A stretch of 64,000 bases of DNA from Vicinamibacteria bacterium. Lineage in GTDB: Bacteria; Acidobacteriota; Vicinamibacteria; Marinacidobacterales; Marinacidobacteraceae. Below the pieces are notes generated by a model. It ran no database searches and was not told the DNA's origin. It saw nothing but the letters and a program-made list of their open reading frames with translations. The stretch lies in contig OZ219816.1 in NCBI GenBank assembly GCA_964291235.2, forward strand, positions 128,001 to 192,000, read 5' to 3'. Both the position numbers and the translations under genes were made by a program. Of this stretch, positions 38,574-46,775 are shown piece by piece. The stretch's first letter is position 1. Every line of letters begins with the position of its first letter.

Positions 38574-39122
38574 ATGAAAAGACTTCTGCGTCTCGCAACG
38601 CTCTCGGCCCTCGCGGCCGCCTTTGCCGTCTTCCCGGCGGCCGCCCAGGAAACGCCCTGGCTCCACGTCCAGGTCGAAGGCGACGACGACAACACCAAAG
38701 TCGAGGTGAACCTTCCCCTCGCTGCCGTCGAGGCGCTCGGTGGGTCCCTCGGCGAGCACATCTTCGACGAAATCGGGGAAGAGTGGGAACACGACACCGA
38801 CGTGGACATGGACTCCGAGGACATGCGCGCCTTCTGGCGGTCGCTGCGTGAAAACCCGGGAGCCTGGGTGACGATCGACGAAGAGGACGGAGGCAACCTC
38901 CGCGCCCGGATGGACGGTGACCAGATCCGCATCGAGGGCGGCGACGACGACGGCTCGCTCGATGTCCGCTTCCCGGTGGCCTTCGGGGACGCCCTGTTCG
39001 GCGAGGCCGGTGACGATCTCGATCTCGGCGCGGCGATCCGGAGTCTCGCGAACCACGAGGATGTCCTCATCTCCGTGGACGGCGACGACGGCAGCGTCCG
39101 CGTCTGGATCGGACCGCGGTAG
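38574..39122 (+). CDS. Secreted acidic hypothetical protein
   Basis: Signal peptide MKRLLRLATL...AAA-Q from ATG 38574. Internal two-fold repeat VxVNLPL / LDVRFPV. Confidence 0.8.
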   Translation: MKRLLRLATLSALAAAFAVFPAAAQETPWLHVQVEGDDDNTKVEVNLPLAAVEALGGSLGEHIFDEIGEEWEHDTDVDMDSEDMRAFWRSLRENPGAWVTIDEEDGGNLRARMDGDQIRIEGGDDDGSLDVRFPVAFGDALFGEAGDDLDLGAAIRSLANHEDVLISVDGDDGSVRVWIGPR

Positions 39123-39127
39123 CCGGC

Positions 39128-39691
39128 ATGTTCCGCCTCGTGGGGATCCTGCTGGCCACGGCGCTGATCTCGGCGCTGCTCTTCGGCGCCTGTATCTCGG
39201 CGTGCGGCGTGGCGGTCGTTTCCGTCGTAGCCGACGGGGGGCCGAGCTTCGTGGCGCCCGTGCCGTTGATGCTCCCGATCGCCGCACTGCACTTCGTGCC
39301 CGACCGCGTCATGGACGATGCGATGCACGAAGGCATGGATGAACTGGAAGGCCGGGCGCTCATCGCCTTCGGCGAATTCGTGGCGGCGCTCGAGGCGGCG
39401 GACGACGCCGTCCTCGTCCGGGCCACCGAGGGAGACGAGCAGGTACTGGTGGCCAAGGAAGGGAAGAACATCGTCGTTCGGGTCCAGGAGGGGGACGCTT
39501 CCGGAGCCCGGGTGCTGGTTCGGGCGCCGCTCCGGGCGCTCACCGAAGTCAGCGAGGCCTGCGAAGTGGGGGAAAGCAGCCGAGTGCGCTGTCATCCCGG
39601 GCGCATGGCCCGCTCGCTTCTTTCGGCCCTCCGCGGCGCCGAGGTCGAGGTCCGGGACGGCGACACGAGGGTGGACGTCACCGTCTGGTAG
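39128..39691 (+). CDS. Exported/membrane-anchored hypothetical protein, probably related to the upstream gene
   Basis: Hydrophobic N-terminus with AC motifs, similar repeat pattern, ends DGDTRVDVTVW. Starts 5 nt after the upstream stop. Confidence 0.75.
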   Translation: MFRLVGILLATALISALLFGACISACGVAVVSVVADGGPSFVAPVPLMLPIAALHFVPDRVMDDAMHEGMDELEGRALIAFGEFVAALEAADDAVLVRATEGDEQVLVAKEGKNIVVRVQEGDASGARVLVRAPLRALTEVSEACEVGESSRVRCHPGRMARSLLSALRGAEVEVRDGDTRVDVTVW

Positions 39692-39808
39692 GGCGGGGCC
39701 CGCGCTGGGTCCACTCGCACGGCCGACGTGGAAAGAAACTGTGAAAATGTGAAAATGTGAATCTGTGAGATAACAGGATGCTTGGCCATCCGACGAACCT
39801 GTAGAGCA

Positions 39809-40624
39809 CCGTTTCGACACCAGGGCTGCTGAGTTCCTCGCCGAGAGGGGAACCATCTCGACGCTGGGGGGCTGTCCCGCCGCCCCGCTTCGCGGGGCTG
39901 TGCCGGCCTGGAGGCCGGCGTTCCCGTGCCGTTTCGAACACCAGGGCCTGCGGGGTCCCCGCCGAGAGGGGAACCGTCCCGACGATGGGGGGTCCGTCCC
40001 GCCGCCCCGCTGCGCGGGGCTGTGCCGGCCTGGAGGCCGGCGTTCCCGTGCCGTTGCGACACCGGGGCCTGCGGGGTCCCCGCCGAGAGGGGAACCGTCC
40101 CGACGCTGGGGGGTCCGTCCCGCCGCCCCGCTTCGCGGGGCTGTGCCGGCCTGGAGGCCGGCGTTTCCGTGCCGTTGCGACACCAAGGCTGGTGGGGTTC
40201 CCGCCGAGAGGGGAACCATCCCGACACTGGGGGTCCGCCCCGCCGCCCGCCTGCGGCGGGCTGTGCCGGCCTGGAGGCCGGCGTTCCCGTGCCGTTGCGA
40301 CACCAAGGCTGCTGAGGTCCTCGCCGAGAGGAGAACCGTCCCGACGATGGGGGGTCCGTCCCGCCGCCCCGCTTCGCGGGGCTGTGCCGGCCTGGAGGCC
40401 GGCGTTCCCTAGCCCGTGCGCCGTCGGGCTATGGCGGGGTCCGTCCCGCCGCCCCGCTGCGCGGGGCTGTGCCGGCCTGGAGGCCGGCGTTCCCGTGCCC
40501 GTGCGCCGTCGGGCTATGGGGGGGCCGTCCCGCCGCCCCGCTGCGCGGGGCTGTGCCGGCCTGGAGGCCGGCGTTCCCGTGGCCCGTGCGCCGTCGGGCT
40601 ATGGCGGGGTCCGTCCCGCCGCCC
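39809..40624. repeat. Tandem array of multi-hairpin REP/BIME-like units (5 x ~121 bp, then 85-bp-period units)
   Basis: Long units start at 39818, 39939, 40060, 40181, 40301 and short units at 40412, 40497, 40582 (last partial). Seven copies of tgccggcctggaggccggcgtt. Confidence 0.92.
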
Positions 40625-40633
40625 GCGCGTCGG

Positions 40634-42652
40634 TTAGCGTGACTCGGGCTTGCCGGGATCGGATGGCTTTTCCTCCGTGTCGGTCGCGGTCGGCGCCCAC
40701 GGGTCGCCCAGGCCCGCGCTGGGGCAGAAGTCTCCGGTATCCAGGAAGTGCGTGTGGAGACACTCGAGCGTCGCGCCGAGACTCGTCAGCAACTCGACCG
40801 TCTCCGGGAACGGGACGCGGGTAAAGAAGCCGGCCCGGCCTCCGCGCGCCATGTCGGCGGTGGACTGTCCGAGGCGGGTGATCGCGGTGACGTCCCCGCC
40901 CTGCGACACGAGGTACTCGATGAGTTCGTTGTCGCCCCGGGAAGCGGCGTAGTGCATCGGGGTGTAGAGCCAGGAGTCTTGCTGGTTCACATCCGCGCCC
41001 AATTCCTCGATCAGGTACTTCACGGCGGGAATGAACTGATCGGGTCGATTCCGAACGCTGAACGCGCCCAGTCCCAGGTATCCGCCCCCCGCCACGGCAT
41101 GGATCGGCCAGGCGTTCGGCGCCCCCTCCGGGATCCAGGGCAGCGCGGAATCCTCCTGCTGGCGGCCGTCCTGCTGCCGGCGCTCCCGCATCCCGACCTC
41201 GGGCCAGCGAGTGGGAATGTGGGGATCCGCTCCGTGCGCGACGAGCAGTCTCATCGCTTCGAGATCCTGGGCGAAGGCGGCCCGCCAGAAGGGGGTCGCC
41301 CCGGTGAGGTCGATCCCCATCTTGGTGAGGCCGTATTCCCAGTACCAAAGGTGGGTGTTGAGGCGGGGGTTGGGATCGGCCCCGGCCGCGAGCAGCGCGC
41401 GGAGCACCGCCAGGTGTCCGGAGTCCTGCAGGTCCTGCGCGCGCGGCTGCGGATAGTTGGACTTTGGCGCCCACTGGGTCTGGAGGGCGGCGAACAGCGG
41501 CGTGACGCCGTCCGTCGAAGCGGCAAGATCTGGATTCGCTCCGCGCTCGATGAGGACGAGCGCGAGGTCGAACTGGCCGTTGAGGGTGGCCATCAGGAGT
41601 GGGCTGGTGCCGTCCGCGCTCACCTGATCCAGTTGCGCGCCGCCGTCGAGGAGAGCCGTCGCGGCTTCGATATGCCCCTCGCGGGCCGCGTGCGATAGCG
41701 CGGTCAGTCCGCCGGTCCGGCCGACGAGGACCTCGCGGTACGGCGGGCGCACGAGGTCGGGACCGCCGGGGTAGTCGGGCCGCACGCGGCCGAGCGAGTG
41801 GGGGCTCACTTCGCCGACGTCGTGGCCGGAGCGGAGAAAGTCGCGCTGCGCGCGGACGGCCGCCTGAACATCCGCCGGGCTGGGATCGCGCGACCATTCG
41901 GCATTCGGGTCCACCCGGGGCCCGAACGGTCCGGGCATTTGCGGCGGCGCGCCGATCAGGTCGCGGAAACGGCGGTTGGCTTCGCGGTCCAGCGCCAGAG
42001 CCGGCAGGACATCCACCGCGGCGGTCGTGACGGCGGGGTCGGCGCCGGCGGCGAGCAACGCCGTCACCGCGGCGGCCCGGTTCGCGGCCGCCGCGAACAT
42101 CAGGGGCGTCTGTCCCGACGATCCCTCGCGGGCGTTCGGATCCGCGCCGTGGTCGAGCAGTGCGGCCACCGCCGACCCGCCATCGATGGCGGCGGCGGCG
42201 AGGTGCAGCGCGGTCACGCCACTGTTCGTGGTGCGAGCGTTCGGGTCCGACCCGGCCTCGAGCAGGTGCGCGACGACGGCGCCATGCCCGCCCCGCGCGG
42301 CTACGTGGAGAGACGTGTAGCGACCGATGCGCGTGCCGGCGTCCACCGCGGCGCCCGCCGAGAGCAGCGCCTCGGCCACGGTCCGGTGTCCGCCCTCGGC
42401 GGCCAGGTGCAGCGCGGTCAACCCGTCGCCGCCCGCCGCGTTCACGTCGGCTCCGTCCTGCAGGAGGGACCGGACGACTTCGGCCTGCCCGTCGCGGGCG
42501 GCCGCGAGGAGGTGCTCGCCGGCGCCGGGAGACACGTCCTGCGCCATCAGGGCTGCGGGGAGGATCGCCGCAGCCAGAAGCGACACCGCCGCGCCCCTCA
42601 TGCGGAGACACCCCGATCCGAGGTCCCAACGGCCGGCGCGCCGGGGAGTCAT
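40634..42652 (-). CDS. Secreted ankyrin-repeat protein
   Basis: Signal-like hydrophobic N-terminus and many G.T(A/P)LH.AA...LL..GAD.N repeats. ATGA-coupled to DUF1552. Confidence 0.93.
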   Translation of the reverse strand: MTPRRAGRWDLGSGCLRMRGAAVSLLAAAILPAALMAQDVSPGAGEHLLAAARDGQAEVVRSLLQDGADVNAAGGDGLTALHLAAEGGHRTVAEALLSAGAAVDAGTRIGRYTSLHVAARGGHGAVVAHLLEAGSDPNARTTNSGVTALHLAAAAIDGGSAVAALLDHGADPNAREGSSGQTPLMFAAAANRAAAVTALLAAGADPAVTTAAVDVLPALALDREANRRFRDLIGAPPQMPGPFGPRVDPNAEWSRDPSPADVQAAVRAQRDFLRSGHDVGEVSPHSLGRVRPDYPGGPDLVRPPYREVLVGRTGGLTALSHAAREGHIEAATALLDGGAQLDQVSADGTSPLLMATLNGQFDLALVLIERGANPDLAASTDGVTPLFAALQTQWAPKSNYPQPRAQDLQDSGHLAVLRALLAAGADPNPRLNTHLWYWEYGLTKMGIDLTGATPFWRAAFAQDLEAMRLLVAHGADPHIPTRWPEVGMRERRQQDGRQQEDSALPWIPEGAPNAWPIHAVAGGGYLGLGAFSVRNRPDQFIPAVKYLIEELGADVNQQDSWLYTPMHYAASRGDNELIEYLVSQGGDVTAITRLGQSTADMARGGRAGFFTRVPFPETVELLTSLGATLECLHTHFLDTGDFCPSAGLGDPWAPTATDTEEKPSDPGKPESR

Positions 42653-44103
42653 GCGTTTCGCCCGCTGCGCGGGCGATGCCGGCCGGAGGCCAGCGCTCCG
42701 GAGGCCGCTTCGCGCGTGAGGTCGAGCGGGAACACCCCGTCGCTGTCGCCGAAGGTGGTCGTCTCCGGGTGCCCGATCTTCTGCATCAGGCTCACGAAGG
42801 CGTTCGCCATCGGCGTCCCGTCCGGAGCCCGCAGATGGAGGCCGCCCGGGAGCGCCCCGTTCGCCCTGCCCAGAACGAGCAGCGGCGCTCGCCGGTGGTT
42901 GTGGAGGTTCCCGTCCGCCATCGCGGAGCCCCAGATGATCGCCGTCTTGTCGAGGAGCGAGGCGTCGCCCTCCACCGTGTCTCGCATCTTCTCGAGGAAG
43001 TAGGCGAGCTGGCCGAGCCGGTAGGTGTTGATCCGGTTGAAGTCCATGATGTCCTCGGGGACGTTGCCGTGGTGCGAGGCCCCGTGGACGGATTTCGTCG
43101 TTCCGGCATCGGGAAACGTCCGGTTCGACTGATCAAAGCCCGTCTTGAAGGAGATGACGCGCGTGAGATCGGTCTGCAGCGCGAGCAGTTGCAGGTCGAA
43201 CATCAACTGCATGTGCTCCTCGAAGGAATCCGGGACCCCGGAGGGGGCCTCCGGCATCTCCCGTTCCTCCCCGCTCGTATTGCGCGCCTCGACGAGCTGG
43301 ATCCTCCGTTCGATCTCGCGAATGTGCTCGATGTACTCGTCCAGCGCGACCCGGTCCGCCGCGCCCAGAGTCTTCCTGAGCCGGGCGACCTCGGTGGTGA
43401 TCCAGTCGATCATGCTGCGGTCCGTGCGGCGCCGCGCCGCGCGGTCCTCGGCCGTGTCGCCGGCGCCGAACAGTCGCTCGAACACGACGCGCGGCTCGCG
43501 GATCGCCGGCAGCGGCTGGCTGGGCGAGGCCCACGCGAGGGAGGTCGTGTACGCGCAGTGGTAGTTGTAGGCGCAGCCGCCGCCGCGATCGATGCCCTCG
43601 ATGCAGAGTTCGAGCGACGGGAGCACCGTCTCCCGCCCGAAGCGCTGCGCGTGCAGTTGGTCGATCGAAGTGCCGATGAAGATGTCGGACCCCTGCGTCT
43701 GCTTCGGATGCGCCTGGGTCAGGAACACCGCGGTCGTCCGGTCGTGGTCGCCGCCGATCTCCTCCGCCCGGAACGCTTCCGCCGATCGGCAATCCGTGTT
43801 GCTCACGATCGTCATGTGCTCGCGGAACGCCTCCAGCGGCTTGAGCTGGCTGTCGGCGACCAGCTTGAAGCCGCGTCCGGTCGCCTGGGGCGCGAAGAGG
43901 TGGCGGGAGTCGCCCCAGTCGCTCGAGCCGGCCACGCCCATCGATTCCTCGATGCAGACGAGCCGCGTGAATTCCGCCGCCCGCTTCGGGCTGGCCCGGA
44001 GGCCGGCGGGAGCCATCGCGTCGAGCAGGGGCAGCGCCACGCCGACACCGGCCCCCCGCAGGAAGGTGCGGCGCGAGAGGTGTGCGCCGGTGATGATGTT
44101 CAT
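42649..44103 (-). CDS. DUF1552 (HxxSHH) family Tat-exported protein
   Basis: LSRRTFLRG Tat motif, LPLLDAM, GGDH, SIDQ, P.VVFERLFG, HGASHH, GNLHNH. Confidence 0.9.
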   Translation of the reverse strand: MNIITGAHLSRRTFLRGAGVGVALPLLDAMAPAGLRASPKRAAEFTRLVCIEESMGVAGSSDWGDSRHLFAPQATGRGFKLVADSQLKPLEAFREHMTIVSNTDCRSAEAFRAEEIGGDHDRTTAVFLTQAHPKQTQGSDIFIGTSIDQLHAQRFGRETVLPSLELCIEGIDRGGGCAYNYHCAYTTSLAWASPSQPLPAIREPRVVFERLFGAGDTAEDRAARRRTDRSMIDWITTEVARLRKTLGAADRVALDEYIEHIREIERRIQLVEARNTSGEEREMPEAPSGVPDSFEEHMQLMFDLQLLALQTDLTRVISFKTGFDQSNRTFPDAGTTKSVHGASHHGNVPEDIMDFNRINTYRLGQLAYFLEKMRDTVEGDASLLDKTAIIWGSAMADGNLHNHRRAPLLVLGRANGALPGGLHLRAPDGTPMANAFVSLMQKIGHPETTTFGDSDGVFPLDLTREAASGALASGRHRPRSGRNA

Positions 44104-46619
44104 GAGCCCTCTCCGCTTCTCATCCGATCTTCGGATTCTGTCTCATCGGTCACGGATGGTGCGGGACGCGCCATCCGGAACGGATCGCTGTTCACCACGC
44201 CGAGGATGAACGAGGACATTCGGTAGTCGCCCGCCTTCGCCTCGCGTGCAATGGCCCGGATCCCGGGTTCGTCGAAGTACTCCGCGCGGCGGCCGATCGC
44301 GTACGCGAGCAGGTGCGCAGTGAAGTTCCGGACCAGCGGGATCGGCCGCTTCATGAGGATTTTGACGAGCTCGGCAGGCGTGCTCACGTCGGTCCCGTCG
44401 TAGAAGACCCCCCGCGTGTCGAGCGCGACGCCGTTCTCGCGAACCCGCACCTGCCCCGTCACGTCGTAGTTGTCGAGCGCGAGTCCGATCGGGTCCATGA
44501 ACCGGTGGCACGAGCGGCATGCCGGATTCGCCCGATGCATCTCGAGCCGTTCGCGCGTGGTGAGCAGCCGGCCGCCCCGGGCCGTTTGGGTGTCGTCGAA
44601 GGCGGGCGTGTTGGGCGGCGGGGGCGGAGGCGGCGTGCCCATCAGCACCTCCATCACCCACTTCCCGCGGAGAACCGGCGACGTGCGCGCGGACATCGAG
44701 GTGAGCAGCAGCACGCTTCCGTGCCCCAGCACGCCGCGCCGGCTGTCGTCCGGGTACTGCACGCGCCGGAACCCGGGCCCCGAGACGCCGGGAACCCCGT
44801 AGTGCGCCGCGAGGCGCTCGTTCAGGAAGGTGTAGTCCGCCGTGAAGAGTTCGAGCAGACTCTTGTCTTCGCGCACGAGGTGGTCGAAGAACAACTGCGT
44901 TTCACGGACGAGGTCCTCGCGGAGCTGGCCGGTGAAATCCGGATAGAGATACGGCTCCGGCTGGTTGTCCTCCGCGTCCTGAAGCCGCAGCCACTGCGAG
45001 GCGAAGCGCGTTGCCAGCGCCTCGGCCCGCGGGTCGGCCAGCATCCGCCGTACCTGCGACTCGAGAACCGGCGGATCCGAGAGCCGTCCTTCCGCGGCCA
45101 GCCTCAGGAGTTCGTCATCCGGGCTGGCCGCCCAGAGGAAGAACGAGAGCCGGGACGCGAGGTCCACGTCCGCGATCCGGTAACTCTCACCGGGCAGGGC
45201 CTCCGGCGGCGCCCGCTCGAGCCGGAAGATGAAGGAGGGGCTGGCCAGAATCGCCTGGAGCGCGGTTCGGACGCCGATCTCGAATCCGTCCTCCGCGGCG
45301 GCGCGATCATAAAAGGCCATCGGCCCGGCGAGATCGTCGCCGGTGACCGGACGCCGGTACGCCTCGCGGGCGAGCCGGCTCACGATCGACTCCGCGCAGG
45401 CCCGGGCTTCCCCGGGAACATCCGCCCCGGTCGCCCCGCCCTTTCCCGGATGGCAGCGGAAGATCCTTCGGCGGCTCGCCGTCTCCGAGAGCCCCGTGCT
45501 CCGGTGCGGGCCGGTGATCATCAGTTCGCTGAGATGCGGTAGCGCCGTGATCCCGTAGTTCGCCCACGCCTGGGAGTCCTCGCCCCCGACGAAGGACCAG
45601 CCCGGCGTCTTCAGGCGGTCGTCGTAAGGCCCCTCGATGGTGCGCACGAAGGCCGCCGCGACCTGGCGCTGGCCCGCCCGCACGAAGATCGGCTCGGTGC
45701 GGATCGGCACCGTCGAGCGGCCGCCGTGCTCGAGGCCGAGGAGGGCGACCCCCTCCCCGTCGATGGAGATGTCAACGTCCTGGAAGCCGGTCCCCTGGCC
45801 GAAAAGCGTCTCGATCGAGATGACGTACTCCCCGTCCACCGGGAAGTCGTGAGTGACCACCATCCCGCCGCGCGTCCCGTACGGCGTGCCCTCGAGGTGA
45901 TCCCAGGCGTGCTGCGAGACGTCGATCGGATTCGTGTAGTTGGCCGTTTTGGAGAGCGCGTCCCGGTTGCCGACGGCGATCCGGCTGACTTCCGTCGCGG
46001 CCCTCAGGTAGGCCTCGAGGAGGGTCGTCGAGAGGCCCTGCGCGTCCGCCATGTTGTCGAAGGCGCCGAGGTAGGTGTCCGCCGGCAGCCACCGGCCGGC
46101 CTCGATTTCGAGATCGAGGAGATCGTGGATCACGCGCTCGTACTCGGCCCGGTTCAGTCGCTGGAAACGCCGTGAGCCGGGGTTCCTGGAGCGGGCGGCG
46201 TCGCGGTCCACCACGGTCTCGATCGTCTCGACCAGGGCGAGCAGCGTTTCGGGCGGCGGGCGGCGCTGCCCCGGCGGCGGCATCATCCCCGCCCGCAGCT
46301 TCCGGATCATCTTCTCGGCGGTTTCCGCCCGCTCGTGCGCCGCGTCCACGTCGAACTCCGAGAGGGTGAGGTTCCCGGTCTGGAGACGCTGGTTGTGGCA
46401 GCGGACGCAATAGCGCTGGACCACGCCGGTGAGTTCCGCCGTGTTTTCGAGGCCGCCGACGCCATGCTCCGGCGAGGGCATCGCCGGCGCCGTCGGGGAC
46501 GCGCCGTCCGCCGGGACCTGGCCCAGGGAGGGCTGTCCCAGCAGGGCGAACCACAACCCCAGGGCCGCGCCCACGCTCACTCCCTTCAAGGGATTGCCCT
46601 CCGGGAACAGGGGATACAC
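44100..46619 (-). CDS. DUF1592-family (PSD-domain) protein with two CxxCH heme-binding motifs
   Basis: YCVRCHN, KLRAGMMPP, RLNRAEY, LASPSFIFR, ASRLSFFLW...PD.EL, FASQWL, NERLA.HYG, RTSPVLRGKWV, ACRSCH..MDPIG.ALDNYD. Confidence 0.9.
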   Translation of the reverse strand: MYPLFPEGNPLKGVSVGAALGLWFALLGQPSLGQVPADGASPTAPAMPSPEHGVGGLENTAELTGVVQRYCVRCHNQRLQTGNLTLSEFDVDAAHERAETAEKMIRKLRAGMMPPPGQRRPPPETLLALVETIETVVDRDAARSRNPGSRRFQRLNRAEYERVIHDLLDLEIEAGRWLPADTYLGAFDNMADAQGLSTTLLEAYLRAATEVSRIAVGNRDALSKTANYTNPIDVSQHAWDHLEGTPYGTRGGMVVTHDFPVDGEYVISIETLFGQGTGFQDVDISIDGEGVALLGLEHGGRSTVPIRTEPIFVRAGQRQVAAAFVRTIEGPYDDRLKTPGWSFVGGEDSQAWANYGITALPHLSELMITGPHRSTGLSETASRRRIFRCHPGKGGATGADVPGEARACAESIVSRLAREAYRRPVTGDDLAGPMAFYDRAAAEDGFEIGVRTALQAILASPSFIFRLERAPPEALPGESYRIADVDLASRLSFFLWAASPDDELLRLAAEGRLSDPPVLESQVRRMLADPRAEALATRFASQWLRLQDAEDNQPEPYLYPDFTGQLREDLVRETQLFFDHLVREDKSLLELFTADYTFLNERLAAHYGVPGVSGPGFRRVQYPDDSRRGVLGHGSVLLLTSMSARTSPVLRGKWVMEVLMGTPPPPPPPNTPAFDDTQTARGGRLLTTRERLEMHRANPACRSCHRFMDPIGLALDNYDVTGQVRVRENGVALDTRGVFYDGTDVSTPAELVKILMKRPIPLVRNFTAHLLAYAIGRRAEYFDEPGIRAIAREAKAGDYRMSSFILGVVNSDPFRMARPAPSVTDETESEDRMRSGEGS

Positions 46620-46775
46620 ATCACAAACGGCAACAGGACAAAACGCCCGAAGACGGGAAGATACCCGAATGGATCATCGCGGCCCAACCGGGACCGGAGG
46701 CCTGCCCGGTTCTGCCGCCGGGGCTCCGAGCGTCCGCGCGCTTCCCGCCAGCGCCGACGCGCGAGGCGCCCGCCG

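Noticed and set aside
39809-40624. CRISPR array (periodic palindromic repeat with AT-rich leader)
   Set aside because: The sequences between the conserved hairpins are homologous to each other rather than unique spacers, the period is 121/85 bp, and no cas genes are present.
38483-40824. Repetitive ORFs crossing the tandem array
   Set aside because: Translations of GC-rich DNA repeats open in several frames. Conservation follows base pairing, not codons.
44610-44640. Proline run in DUF1592 as a variable repeat
   Set aside because: The PPPPP stretch after RGKWV is a normal conserved feature of this family and uses mixed codons.
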